Below are positions 1-12,684 of a stretch of DNA of 64,000 nt, in pieces. This stretch comes from Carcharhinus amblyrhynchos (lineage: Eukaryota): assembly GCA_965287045.1 (NCBI GenBank), contig OZ336890.1, positions 25,606,001 to 25,670,000 of the forward strand, given 5' to 3'. Within the stretch, counting starts at the first letter, position 1. Every line of letters starts with the position of its first letter. The notes beneath the pieces were generated by a model. It saw nothing but the letters and a program-made list of their open reading frames with translations. It had not been told where the DNA came from and did no database searches. Both the position numbers and the translations under genes were made by a program.

Positions 1-239
1 TCTAGCCCAGAGCACTGAGGCAATTGTGGTGAGATCAGCAGAATCCTCTTGCCCTTTGTCAATTGACCTACGTTAACTGGTATCAGAGGAATGGGTTAGC
101 CTTCAGTTTAGTGAACTGATGCATCATCAGTTCTGAGTATTGAATTGATGTCTGAGAATTCTTCCACCCCCCAGTGTACAGATCGGGGATCTGAATTATC
201 TCTGACATATATTAGTCCTTTGGTAGTACAGAACTTGAG

Positions 240-1245
240 GGGGCGATTCGGCCATTCTGACCCACTAATTTTGTGGCGGGTCAGGTCGAGAGGTGCCCAT
301 GTGCGCCTGAAACATTTCACCCTGAACTGCATTACCGGTAGACAGATACAGCAGAGCTTTGTGGAGTTCCAGGTGGAATCAGTGGATTTCTTATATGTTA
401 CACATGCACATCTCTCACTGCCGGAAATCCAGCACAGTCAGGACCAGACAGGAAACTGGCAGGAAGACCGGGTAAATAATTTTATTTATTTGAAGGTCAT
501 TATCGGGCCCAGGGCTAAATTCTCTGGGCCCGATAGCATCTCCCATCCCACCAGTACAAATTCACCCTGGCTGATCATAGACTAACTCCGCACTTTCCAG
601 GAACTAGTGGGAGGCTGGAGTGAAGGGGGGCTGTTGGGGACCCCCGGGGGTGGTGCTCCATGGGCATGGGCACCCTGGCAGTGCCCAAGGGCAAAATGAC
701 TATGCTCAGGGGACATCTTGCCACTACTCACTGGGCGTGGGGCACTGCCAAAGGGTCAGGGGCCTAGGGAGTGGGTTTAGGGTTCAGTGACAAGGAGCAG
801 AGCCAAAGGGTGGGGCCTGTTGGGGTCGGGGCTTCGGGGTGGGGCCAGCTAGGGGAGGGGCTTAGTGGCGATTGGTTGGGGTCCCGCTGCCACTCTGCAT
901 TGGGATTGGTTGGGACTGGAGAGAGGCCAGCAATTGAGGCTAGCTGGGGGGAGTGTCTGTTGGGGGGGGGGGATTCTGCCACCAGTGGGGGTGTCTGCTG
1001 GGATGGGGGAGGCCTGCCTGGGGAGTGTGGGAGATCATCACTGCTGGAAGGTTGGGGGGGCTGGAGATTGGGCACACTGGGATGGGAATTTCAGGGCTGG
1101 CCTGGGAATGCTTGTGGGGGCTGTGGTCGGGCCGTGGAGGGGGCAGCATTGTGGGCGTCCCAGGCTGACCAGTGATCGAGCTGGCCAGCAAACTGCATTT
1201 TTCCCGAGAATTCAGCACTCGGAATTTTTTTGGGAGAATCGCCCC
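240..1245. mobile_element. Non-autonomous PIF/Harbinger-type DNA transposon (MITE), ~1.0 kb, G-rich interior
   Basis: TIRs GGGGCGATTC (240-249) / GAATCGCCCC (1236-1245), flanked by 3-bp direct repeat GAG (237-239; 1246-1248). GC-rich interior contrasts with AT-rich flanks; no transposase ORF. Confidence 0.65.
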
Positions 1246-1271
1246 GAGTCTACCAAAAAAAAGAACTACGC

Positions 1272-1455
1272 TGGTAAGACTTTTCATCTTGCACTCAGCA
1301 GGACAGATGCAAGAATACCAGTAGTAAAGGGAACAGCAATTTATACTGCATGAGAAGATTGCAGGATAAAATGTTGTCCCTTTTACAATTGGTATTCTTG
1401 TGCCTTACCTGATGAGTGCAAGATGAAAAGCTTTGATAGCATGTATCTTTTTTGT
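1272..1455. mobile_element. Inverted pair of Penelope-like terminal-repeat (pLTR) fragments
   Basis: 1272-1350 is the approximate reverse complement of 1360-1440. The same sequence follows a Penelope GIY-YIG C-terminus at 61040-61150. Confidence 0.75.
1405..1438 (+). ncRNA. Minimal type I hammerhead ribozyme motif (Penelope-associated)
   Basis: CTGATGA (1409-1415), short stem II GTGCAAGAT, GAAA (1425-1428), palindromic stem III AAGCTT, then T. Catalytic core intact; stem I poorly paired. Confidence 0.55.
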
Positions 1456-2920
1456 AGTGTGATATCTTTTACATGACAAGGGAGACAAAAGCAAAGCTGT
1501 CCTTGAATGTCAATATGTTCCCACAACAAGGGCTTCTTTATCCTCCTATTCAAAAGTATTACGGAATAAGCCTAATCTTTTTAAAGTTTTGTTAGTGAAT
1601 GTGTTCTCATTATTTCAAGTCTTCCTTTCCTTTGTAATCAGGGGAACTTTTGACCCCTTTCTAGTGATATTTCATGAGGGTCAAAGGCGTTTATTAGAAA
1701 AGATTGGGCTGAAAATTAATTAAATGTGATGGAAGTACAGCTTATATCCCTTGAAATGCAGACTGAGTCTTCTGTCGCAGGCTCGGGTCATTAACTTTAC
1801 TATGATGAAATCAATGCATACACTGAAAATAAACAGCCATCCCTGAATTTTAAAGGAGTGTGGAAAGAAATTCTGAGTGACTAGTTTTAACTGCACCGCA
1901 TTTGCGATGAAAGAATAGCTGCACTTTGAAGCCCTCTTTACACTAGTATGTCTTGTTTTTTTTTAAAAAACTTTCCGCCTACCTTTCAATAGAGATATCG
2001 TTCATGGCAATGGAGGGGAGCGTTGAAAATATTATGGAGAAAGGAAGAATGCTGATGGGCCATTCTTTTGCTGATGGTCTCACAGTGCAGTTAGCATCCA
2101 TCACTGTTTCGTGAGGTGCAGACTGAGGTCCGTGGCTGCCAACCCCTACCCGTGATCACCATCACCAGCACTTGGCTGGATTGCTCGTTCTATTGCCTTG
2201 TGAACATGCCGTCTGGCTGGTGTGACATCAACCACTGCAACTGCCAGTCTCTGGAAAGGCATCAGAGGCAGGCAGAGAAACCCGCACGGTGCCAACAAGG
2301 TCCAGGGTCTTTGGCAGAAGAGAGGAAAGCTCATTATTTAATTGCTATAATGGCAGTCAAGGTGCACATCTGTCGCCGGAAGATTACTTGCAAAGAACTA
2401 CTGAAGTAATTTTATTTGAACAAAAACCAACAAGGCCAGTCAGACTGCAATTGTCCACGCTGTCATTGTCAATGAGGGAGTTGGGAGACCGGTAATTTTG
2501 CATTCATAAATTCCACAATAGTGACTATTTTATAAATGGAAGTGCTTATTTGAAAAGAAACATCCACTATCTCAGGAAATCCTCTGAAAAGACCGGGAGC
2601 TTTTGGGCTGTTCATGATTAGCATCCCTGCACTCCTTGGAAGTCTTAAAATGTCACCTAATTGGACAAACTACTGAATTGGCTCCGCTTTTTACTTGAAT
2701 TTATATCTGATAATGTTGGAGTTTGTATGAAATAGAAAGAGTCAGTGATAAGATGGTTCAAGAAACCTCCAGTGTGTGATTATGTTTCGTACGGCCATGG
2801 TGTGCTTGAAACCATTGTGAAGCCTTTTTTACTATGTAAGCAGGTGTAACAATGAAACCTAAATCTAAAATAAAACTTTCAATTACCTATGCTGCCAAGG
2901 ACCCAAAATGGGAACACTTA

Positions 2921-3250
2921 TCACAGAGTCCGAGAATCCCTACAGTGCAGAAGGTGGCCATTTGGCCCATCGCACCTGCACCAACTCATACCCAGGTTTA
3001 ATCCATAACCCCATGTATTTATCATGCTAATTCCCCTAACCTATATATCTTGGGACACTAAGGGGAAATTTAGCATGACCAATCAACCTAACCTGCACAG
3101 CTTTGGACTGAGAGGGGAAACCGGTGCACCCGGAAGAAACTCATGCAGACACAGGGAGAATATGCAAACTCCACACAGACAGTCACCCAAGGCAATATTG
3201 AACCCAGGTCCCCAGTGCTGTGAGTCAGCAAAGCTGACCACAGTGCCACC
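2921..3250 (-). mobile_element. HE1/V-SINE-type tRNA-derived SINE, tail type A (CR1-like tail)
   Basis: Reverse complement has the tRNA-like head (GGTGGCACTGTGGTCAGC...GGGTTCAAT), the central TTTGCATATTCTCCCTGTGTCTGC body and a CTGCACTGTAGGGATTCT tail. Confidence 0.9.
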
Positions 3251-3799
3251 TACATATGGACTGAAGTACTAGATTTAATACTTACAAATGACTATGATAG
3301 AAGCATGATTGCTTAATAATATCCACCGGGTACACAGAATGATCTCGTCAGCGTAACAAGATGATTGAGTTTTCACCTGAAAGTTTCTGGCTGGAAATCG
3401 CACTGCTCTATGAGGGAAGAGGGAAGATTCTGCTTACCTCATCTCTCACTCAGGATCTGTAGCCTGGTCATCTGCTTAAGCATTCAGTTTAAATTCAACA
3501 GCTTGTTTACATTTCCATAATCTACAACTGTCATTTTACAGATCATAGTAAGCTTTCCAATTGCTAATAAAATAAATCAAAAACTGTAAGGTGATATCTT
3601 TGAAATTACAATAATTGTACCACCCACGCAATAGAGCTTTGGGAGTATAATAATTTTGTCACATCCGTCAGAAAATAGAGCCAGGTAATAATGCGAGATC
3701 AGTGCGTGCTCACAATAATTTGCATTGTTGTGTAAATTTCCTGATGGAACAAACATCTTCAAAAGCTTAAAAAGGGAAAACAGAAGACACCAATCAACA

Positions 3800-4240
3800 A
3801 AAAGTCAACAGTTGTGAGCAAATAAATTGTTTTAAAGATTCTTTCAATGACCGGATTGGAGGCGGTGGGAAAAATGGCTTTGGAAGATAATTTGGGAGGA
3901 CAGGAAAATAAGACCAAGAAATTGATCTCAACTGATGGAGCAGAGGAAGTGTGGAAAGAAGTCGACTGAGCAAAGGGTGCAGGTAGAGAGCAATTTAGAA
4001 GATTGTTGAAATAAGGCAGAGCACAGCTCTGGAGGAATCTGTCAGTGGGTTTCAGGATCTTGAAGTTGAATTACTGGGACACAGGGAGGTAGTGCTGTTT
4101 GACAAGGACCAAAAAGATTGTGCAGGACTTAAGACTGGGAGAAGTCACAGCATGTGGGATAAACTGGAGGTTGTAAATGGTTCAAGGAGCAAGGTGATGA
4201 GGACAGCACTAGAGAAACTGAAGGTGGAATTCTCCCATCA
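3800..4240 (-). mobile_element. Highly degraded L2-like LINE 3' fragment
   Basis: Purine-rich tract with weak similarity to the clearer L2 fragments at 6905-7345 and 13520-13830. Confidence 0.35.
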
Positions 4241-4757
4241 TGAGACTGAGTAGTTAATCACCTTCTTGCCCCTCTTCCTTCCAATGTGAGCTCTGTCCCT
4301 CTCCTTGCACAACCCTTCTTCAATACTGTCTCCACTTGTCTTTATCAGGCCAATGCCCTTCCCCCCAACCCTGTCCACTCCCCTCACCTCACACTTCAGC
4401 CATGGTTGAACTTTGGATCTTCGTTGCAATGTTGCACGCATCTTATAGCACAGTGCTGTCCAATTGGGACATATGTGTGGCACCAGGGGAAGTGAACCCC
4501 CTGTACACCCAACTCCAGCTGCAGTACTCAGATGATGACACAGGAGGGTCCATGAGTGCAGCAGCCCAGTGCTGTCTATTCAGCATGGAGATGGAGGGCA
4601 GGAACTGGTGTACTATGCATCAGGAACAACGCAGTGCTATGGCACAAAGCTTTGCTGCACTCACTTCAAAGTACTTGCAAACTGAGAGCATCCTGCACCA
4701 TACTTTAGCAATTGGGTCTTGACTCCAATGTGATTTCCCACTGGCTTGACACACACA

Positions 4758-5079
4758 TGGACGGCAAGTTGACACAGTGATTAGCACTACTCACAGCATC
4801 AGGAACCCTGGTTCGAATCCCTGCTTGGGTCACTGTTTGTGTGGAGTTTCCACGCTCTCCCTATGTCCGTATGGGTTTCCTCTGGGTGCTCCTGTTTCCT
4901 CCCACACTCCAAAGACGTGCGGGTTATGTTGATTGGCCATGCTAAATTGACCCTAGTTTCAGGGGGATTAGCAGAGTAAATATGTGGGGTTACAGGGGAT
5001 AGGGTGAGACTGTTGTCGGTGCAGGCTCGACGGGTTGAATGACCTCCTTCTGTACTGTAGGGATTCAATGATTCTATGA
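4758..5079 (+). mobile_element. HE1-type SINE, tail type A
   Basis: Head ACAGTGATTAGCACT...GGTTCGAATCC (box B), body, tail CTTCTGTACTGTAGGGATTCAATGATTCTATGA. Confidence 0.9.
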
Positions 5080-5377
5080 AGGTTGGAAGGCTTGATGGGA
5101 AACTGGCAAATGAATGCGAATAACATTTGCACCACCTGTTAGCGGGATGACCAACCCATCACTAAACCGCCATTGGGAGAATTGGAATGTGATTTTACGC
5201 TGGCTCCTGCCAAAATCTCTGTGCGTGGCCACCACTAAAGATGCCACAGGCGGGTTGGGAGAATTCCGCCCTGAGTCAAGGGGTTCAGGGCATGAATTAC
5301 ATTCCAACTACATTTGAGGAAAAGCAAAACTGTGATCAGAGATGAAAGACAGCTGTTCCAGTAACTGATTGAACATA

Positions 5378-5520
5378 AGCAAGGGGGATCAAAGTACCAA
5401 AACTCCCTCCCTAACAGCACCAGAGATGTACCTACACTGCATGGACTGCAGCAGCTCAGGAAGGCATCTCAACACTGGCATCTCAAGGACAGTTAGGTTC
5501 AGCCAAGAAATACCAGCTTT
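5378..5520 (+). mobile_element. LINE 3' tail fragment (CR1/L2 group)
   Basis: AACTCCCTCCCTAACAGCAC...TGGACTGCAGCAGCTCAGGAAGGCA; related copies at 28500-28720 and 40130-40235. Confidence 0.6.
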
Positions 5521-6904
5521 ACATTGCTTTAACATCACAAAATAAATAAAACCTAGGCACCAAAGTTGTGCACCATTACAGTTAGGCAGAAGTGGCACTC
5601 TGGAAGGTTAATGGCTGTCTGGGTTAGAGGCTTAGAGTCAGACATGAACTTTGGAAGCATAGAGGTCTTGAAGTCGATGATGGAGGTGGAGGAGTAGAAT
5701 TAAAAGTTTCACTTTGTTGAGTGCAGTTTACCAGTTTGAATGACACAGGGTGGGAATGTCCTTCTTTGCGGGTTTCACTCACTGGCATGGGCTGACTTTG
5801 TATTTTGAAATCAAGTTATTCAGGGCTGTCTATTATGTAAATTATAACAATCTCATCACTGTCATCACTACAACTGTTGTATTCGCCTGGCTGTTCTTCT
5901 TTTGAGGCACTAAGCAGGAGTTTTCTTTCTGCAGGAGCCAAAAGAGGTTGCATTCTTCATTTTATAAAGGTAGAGCAGGGTGCTTCTGTATCGTTATTAT
6001 GCAAAGAGGAGTTGCTACAGAGAGAACAGACTGACAGCATTGTTTATGTTCTGTGCTGCACACACTTAATGACAAAAGTTTAAGTGATTGCTGTTGGTTA
6101 GAGAGAGTGTGTGGAGCCTATGAGATCAAAAGCTGTTTCAAGGCAAAAGTTGTGTCAGCACCAATTGTTTCAGCAAGTTTTGTCATTTCTGTTGCCACAT
6201 ATATTGGTGAGAAGGAAATTCACCACTCAGAATCTTTGTATTTGACCTCTTCGTAACTTCAACTGCAGCCTCTCTTCTGTAGCCTGAGGTAATGAGGTCT
6301 CGTGGAACTGCTCAGACTATGCAGGGAATGGGTTGATTACAAGAAGTTTCAATGTGTCATAAGGAAGTGACTACTATTCAGTAAAAAAACAGTAAATAGA
6401 TTGAGAGAGAAATTCTGTGAGGTGACCTTAGATTGTAATTCTCACTGGCTCTCCGAGTAGAACAAGAATGTTCACATGAATTGTTATTGACGCTATTCCA
6501 TTTTAGCACCCCAGGGCTGCTTGGAATAATAACAATGAGGGGATGAACGTCCCCAGCACTGTTGCAATGTTCTGATAATTCTGCTGTGGATGGGGCAAAG
6601 AAGACACAGATAGACTATCCTGGATGAAATATGGTGAGCACCATAATTTTTGAAATTTCTTACATGGTCCTTATTTGTGTTACTGATCATTCCTATATTA
6701 AAAGTTTCATTTCCACTTCTTTTCTCATCAGTTTTAACCCAATCCTCTTTAATGGGCACCTTGTGGGAGTCCAGTTCCTCAGGCATTCTCTGGTATCTCT
6801 CATACAACTAACCATCATTTACATGTGCATCTCGATAATGAGTGCTTGGCAGACTATTTACCAGCAGTTTAAATCAAACTGAGTTCAGACCTGCCTCACA
6901 ACAA

Positions 6905-7345
6905 CAGCATATTTGCTTATACATAGCACCTTTAGTGTAATGAAACATTGTACGACACTTTACAGAAACATTATGAAGCAAACATTGACAGCCGAACCAC
7001 CTAAGGCAATATAAAGCCAACGGCTTGGCAAAGGAGGATTTCAAGGGTCATCTAAACCCTCTTTACAAGAGGAAAGTGAATTAGAGAGTCACAGAGATTT
7101 AGGGAGGGGCTTCCAGAGCTTAGGAATTAGGCAACTGAAGGTACAATCACCAGTGAGGGGGGAATTAAAATCAAGGATGCCCAAGATGCCAGACTCAGAG
7201 GAGCGCAGGTGTCTTGGAGAGATGTAGTGCTGGAGGAGATTATGGAGATAGGAATGGGCAAGGCCATGGAGGGATTTGAAAACAGGATGAGAACTTGAAA
7301 TCTGAGGCAATGCTTGACCAGGAACCAGTGTTGGGTTGTTAGCAG
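6905..7345 (-). mobile_element. L2 LINE 3' end (ORF2 C-terminus plus tail)
   Basis: ORF 7089..7310(-) reads VFKSLHGLAHSYLHNLLQ...HLRSS...TFSCLIPKLWKPLPKSL, typical of the L2 ORF2 C-terminus. Confidence 0.8.
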
Positions 7346-8479
7346 TTTAATAGAAATAAAGTCGAGAGAGCAGGAGGTGGGTCTCATGGAAAGATGGTCT
7401 CAGAAAGGGGGCGAAAGAAATAGGAGAGAAAGTGGAGAAGTTTAGGGCTAGGGCTGCAGAGGAAGTTTGGCCTTTGGAAGGGAGGGAAGCAGCAGAGGTA
7501 GTTGACAGAATGCTACTGGTGGCAACTAAATGCATGAGCTCCATGCATTGGTGGAGGTGAGTTTGGAGGACACAGAAGAGAGGTTTTAAAGAAGACATGG
7601 CTTCTCTTTCTCACAATAGATGATTAGTTGGTTGCTCTTGTTCTTCCTCAGTCATTAGTGCTGACATCAATTCATTGACCAGCCTAGATCTGAATCTATT
7701 TTTGTCTGGGTGGCTCAACCTGTCACCTGATAAACTCAATGAAATATTAGGGAATGTAGCCTTTGTGCAGAGGCAATTTCCGTCACATAGCCCTCTAAGC
7801 TCCATATGCAACATCAGCTTTAAGTGGAAACGAAACAGAAAATACACTGGATGCTTAATTAAAAATACAGAACCATGACTAATCAGAATGAAAAAAACAA
7901 ACTGGCACAAACAAAGTCCTTCCACTGGCAATTTGTTGTAAAGCAGTTGCAGCGAAACTTCCAACGCTTCTGTTTGGTCAGAAATGCCAGGTGGAAAGTG
8001 AGGTACTCCAGCAATATTCTATCAACGATATTTCAAAACAAAGAGAGGAGAGTTCACAATTTGTTCTTCAAACTGGAAATGGTCCAATCGTTCCTCCAAA
8101 TATCAATCCGAAATCGACAATATTTGCTTTAATGCAGTTCTCGAGCTTGCTAAATAAATCTTTCTAGTCGTGTGGCAAAGACAATCTCGAAGTGAAATGC
8201 TTCACTCTCTGGTGGTCCAATGATTTTTTTTTTAAGTGACTTGTTGAGCGCTGCTGAGAAAGGCAGTGATGGTGCGTTAACCCATCTGAAAATGGAAGCT
8301 ATATTCAGCTCAGCATTCCTGACAGGAAGTCCACGTAGTTTGGAAACAAACACCATGAATTCAGGACGAACTCTGGTATTGGTATCACAGCTCTATAAGG
8401 GGCAGCTTTTTTTCTCTTCTCTTGTTATATAAACAAGTATTCAGGTAAATTATCTCAAATATATTTACTTTGTAGCTGT

Positions 8480-10200
8480 CCTGATTCTCAGCTTTGCCTC
8501 ATCTAGCGGCTGAACAATCTTTTCCTTCCTTTCACATTACACAGTTCAGAAACTTTAGGAGGCTAGTCTTTTTCCTAATCCTTTTCCCCTTCATCTCATT
8601 CCAATCCTATCTTTCATTCTAACCTCACTCTTTCTAGGCTTCACCTAGCATTGACTACAACTGATCAGTTTTTATCTCCCAAACTCTCATCGCAACAAAT
8701 TCTAATCACGATGAAATGCAGAGCCTTTCTGCTGCCATCCATGGCCAAGAGTTTTCCTCTTGTATGTGTTCTCCTAGATCGACCCATCAATGTCTTCCTC
8801 AATTGATTCTCTGGCCCTCTATTGATCTTTTCATCAGGAACAAGCACCATGATATCAACCATCTCAGTTTTTACATCCCTTTATTTACTCTAACTTTATA
8901 TCCTTTTGAAATTGCAGCAAACTGTTCCCTCAATTCTAACGCCAAAATTATTACCATGGTGCCGAGAAAGGGCTACCAATTGCAGAGTAGCAGACAACCC
9001 CTTTCTTTGTTAAAGCTATACCTAAGCTCTCTGACAACTCTTCCTCTATGTTTCTGCTCCATGACCCCACTACTGAACAATAGACTCTTTCAACTTCAAC
9101 TATCTCACCTCCTCAGGAAATCTTTCTCCAATGCCTCCAACGTCCAAACAAGAGTCACATTCGATTTGAAATGTTAGCTCTGTTATTCTCTCCAAAGTTG
9201 CTGCCGGACCCACTGTATCTTTCCAGCATTTTCCATTTCCATTCCCATCATAACAGTTTCCCAACCCTGTATCACGAGTTTCTGCCTTTTTCCCAGGACT
9301 GTCCTGCTAGACCAATTGTTTCAACTTACTTCTGAGCCACAGACTCCTCAGATGCTCACTACTATTTAAAAATGTCAGAGCCCCAATCTTTTTGATGGAT
9401 AGTCAGTCTGCAACTCTCTCTTCACCAAGATTTTTTGTGAGATGTCTTCTTTTAAAAATGACTCAGCAGTCTACATTCGTCATAACAGACTCGAAACATC
9501 AACTGTTTTTCCATCTAGATGTTGCTTTGCCAGACCGTTTGACTTTATCCAGCATTTTCCCCATTCTAGTCCACCCAACTTAACATCTTTCCATTTTGAA
9601 TTATCTCTTGTAACTCCATTTGTTTCTGATTAAGGAAAGCAGTTGCAGGGGTCTCAGCTCTGCCAGTATTTTCAGGATATACTGAAAACTGTTTGTCCCA
9701 GGTCTACGCCTAGACCTCTTCTGTTGCATTGACAACTGCTTTGTGCTCTTTCTCTGACACTGAGAATTTCATTAACAATACTTCTAATTGCCATACATCT
9801 CTCACCTTCACATGGCCCATTTCTGACTCCTTTCTTCCCTTTAAAGCAGCTATGTCTCCTTCCATCTATAGATATGAACTTTCTGTTGATATCCACTCAC
9901 CAATTCCTCCCATGCTTTTATTCTCACACAGCTTCTTGGAAACGTTACATCCTATTCTGCCAGTTTTTCCTATTTCATTGAATACACTCCAATGATTCTG
10001 TACGAAAGTCCCTGAAATTACTTCATTTTCCCTCTGCTATGTTTCCCTTCTACTATATTCACATTAGTTCCATGTTTTTGTGCTTCTCCGTGAGTCTGCA
10101 ATCTATGTATTCTTCCATGAACTCGATAAGATATACTTGTTGCTCTTGGTATGGTCTCCTATACATGCAAATTAGGTAGCTAATTTGTCACACTGTTCCA
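8480..10200 (+). mobile_element. Degenerate, fragmented Penelope-like retroelement(s)
   Basis: Remnant peptides IDLFIRNKHHDINHLSF (ORF 8716..9177) and ENFINNTSNCHTSLTFTWPISDSFLPF (ORF 9729..9995) match Penelope RT regions. pLTR-like pieces at ~9150-9245 and ~9470-9560. Confidence 0.65.
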
Positions 10201-10213
10201 TTCTGTCTACAAG

Positions 10214-12240
10214 TACATAGAAACATACAGAGAAACCTATATGAAAAATGGAAGTAGGAGTAGGCCATTCGGCTCTCCAAGCCTGTTCTGCCATTCATTA
10301 TGATAATGGGTGACCATCAATTTCAATACCCTGATCCCATCTTCCCCCCCATACCCTTTGATCCCTTTAGCCCCAAGACCTATATCTATTTCCTTCTTGA
10401 AATTACACAACATTTAGGCCTCAACTTCTTTATGTGGTAATGAATTCCACAGATTCCTTATTCTCTGAGTGAAGAAATTTCTCCTCACCTAAGTCCTAAA
10501 AGGTTTACCCCTTACCCTCAAACTATGACCCCTAGTTCTGGACTCACCCACCAAACTATGACCCCTAGTTCTGGACTCCCTCACTATTAGGAATATTCTT
10601 TCTGAATCTACCCTGTCTAACCCTGTTAGAATTTTATAAATTTTTATGAGGTCCCCTCTCACTCTTCTAAACTCCAATGAATATAATTCTAACCAACTTA
10701 TCTATCCTCATGTGACAGTCCTGCCATCCCAGAAATCAGCCTGGTAAACCTTTGCTGCAGTCGCTCTATAGCAAGGACATCCTTTCTCAGATAAGGACAC
10801 CAAAACTGCACATGATACTCCAGGTGTGGCCTCACAAACGCCCTATACAATTGCAGCAAAAGATCCCTATCCCTATACGCAAATCCTCTCGCTATGAAGG
10901 CCAACATACCATCTGCCTACTTTACTGCCCACTGTACCTGTGCGCTTACTTTCAGTAGCCGATGCACAAAGAATATTCACTTCTCTCAATTTACACCCAA
11001 ATAATAATGTTTTCCTATTTTTGAGACCAAAGTGAATAACCTCACATTTATCCACATTACAGTGCTTCTGCCATGCTTATGCCCACACACTCATCCTGTC
11101 CAACTCATACTGAAGCGTCTCTACATCCTCCTCATAGCTTACCTCCTACCCAAATTTGTATCATCTGCAAATTTGGAGATAATACATGTAGTTCCCCTGT
11201 CCAAATCATTAATTTATAATGCGAACAACTGGAGTACTAGTACAGATCCCTGCGTACCCCACTAGTCACTGCCTGCCAATCGAGAAAAGGCCCATTTATT
11301 CCACTCTTTGCTTCCTGACTGCTGATCAGCTTTCTATCCATCTTGAGCCATTACCTGTAATTTCATGCATTTTAACTTTATACAGTAATCTGACAAGTGA
11401 GACCTTGTCAAAAGTCTTCTGAAAATCTAAATAAACCACATCCAATAGTTCTCTCTGGTCGACTTTATGAGTTACATCCTCAAAGAATTCCAGATTTGTC
11501 AAGCTTGATTCCCTTTTGTAAATCCACGTTGACTTTGACTGAACTTACTACTGCTTTCCAAATTCTGTGCCAAGAAATCCTTGACAATGGACTTGAGTAA
11601 CTTACCTCCTACCTATGTTAGGCTCACTGGTCTATAGCTTCCTGTTTTCTCTCTACCTCCCTTTTCAAATAGCGGGTTTACATTAACTACCCTCCAAGCT
11701 AGGTAAGAACCGGAGCAGAATCTAATAACTTTAGAAAGTGACCACCAACGGATCTACTTTTTCTAGGACCATTTTCTTAAGTTATCTGGGATAAGGTTTA
11801 CCCAGGCCGTGGAGATTTATCCACATTCAATCCCATTAATTTCCCCAAAACCATTTCTCTACTAATACTGATTTCCTTCAGCTCCTCAGAAAAACTTGTG
11901 TTTCTCAGAACCTCCAGTACATTATTAACGTCTTCCTTCGTGAAGACAGAAGCAAAGTACAAATTTAGTTTCTCAGCCATTTCTTTAATCCTTGTTATAA
12001 ATTCCCCCCTTTCTGGCTGTAAGGGACCTACGTTCATTTTTGTCAATCTTACTCTCTTTACGTACCTATGGAGACTTTTATGTTCTGTTAGCTTATTTTC
12101 ATACTCTTATTCCCCCCTCCTTAATCAATCCCTTTGTCTGCCTTTGCTGAATTTTAAACTGCTCCTAATCCTCAGCTCTACTGCTTTTGCCTGCTAACAT
12201 ATATGCTTCTTCTCTGAACCTAATACTACCTCTAATTTCT
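10214..12240 (-). mobile_element. CR1/HER1-like LINE, 5'-truncated, disrupted ORF2 (RT)
   Basis: Minus-strand motifs DVVYLDFQKTFDKV (~11400-11440), SKFADD (~11160), LYRAFVRPHLEYHVQFWCPYLRKD (ORF 10698..10907). 3' microsatellite-like tail at ~10214; multiple stops and frameshifts. Confidence 0.95.
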
Positions 12241-12684
12241 CTTAGAGGTAATATTAAATTCACAGAAGGTGCAAATAGATTCAGAGAACCTGTTTAATTC
12301 CATACCTGATTCCCTGGTTTTCCATCTTTCCTATTTTCCACATCCTGAACAATGACCATAGCTTTAATGCTCTGTCCACAGACATACCAAAATGATTTGT
12401 AAAATTACTCCATTCAAGTTTCCTCTGCATATATATTTGTGTTTTCTCCTCCCTTCTTATTATTCCATTAATTTGCCAGTCCACCTTTTGTTTCTCAAAA
12501 CTGAAGAAGAGTCCATTTTTGCAATGAAAACTTGGCTGTTTTCACCACAAATGCTGACTGGCCCAGAAAGTCTTTTCTCCCCTCCAACTCCCCCCCCCAC
12601 CACCCCTCAGCATTTGCTGCTTTAGGTGGACTTTTGTTTTGCAACTTTCACAAGCTCATCATGGATGTTGTGAAATCCCAGCTG

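Noticed and set aside
764-1353. Cluster of overlapping 100-160 aa ORFs
   Set aside because: Stop-codon depletion in the G-rich MITE interior.
10214-12240. Active or domesticated reverse transcriptase gene
   Set aside because: 5'-truncated with many stops, frameshifts and internal deletions.
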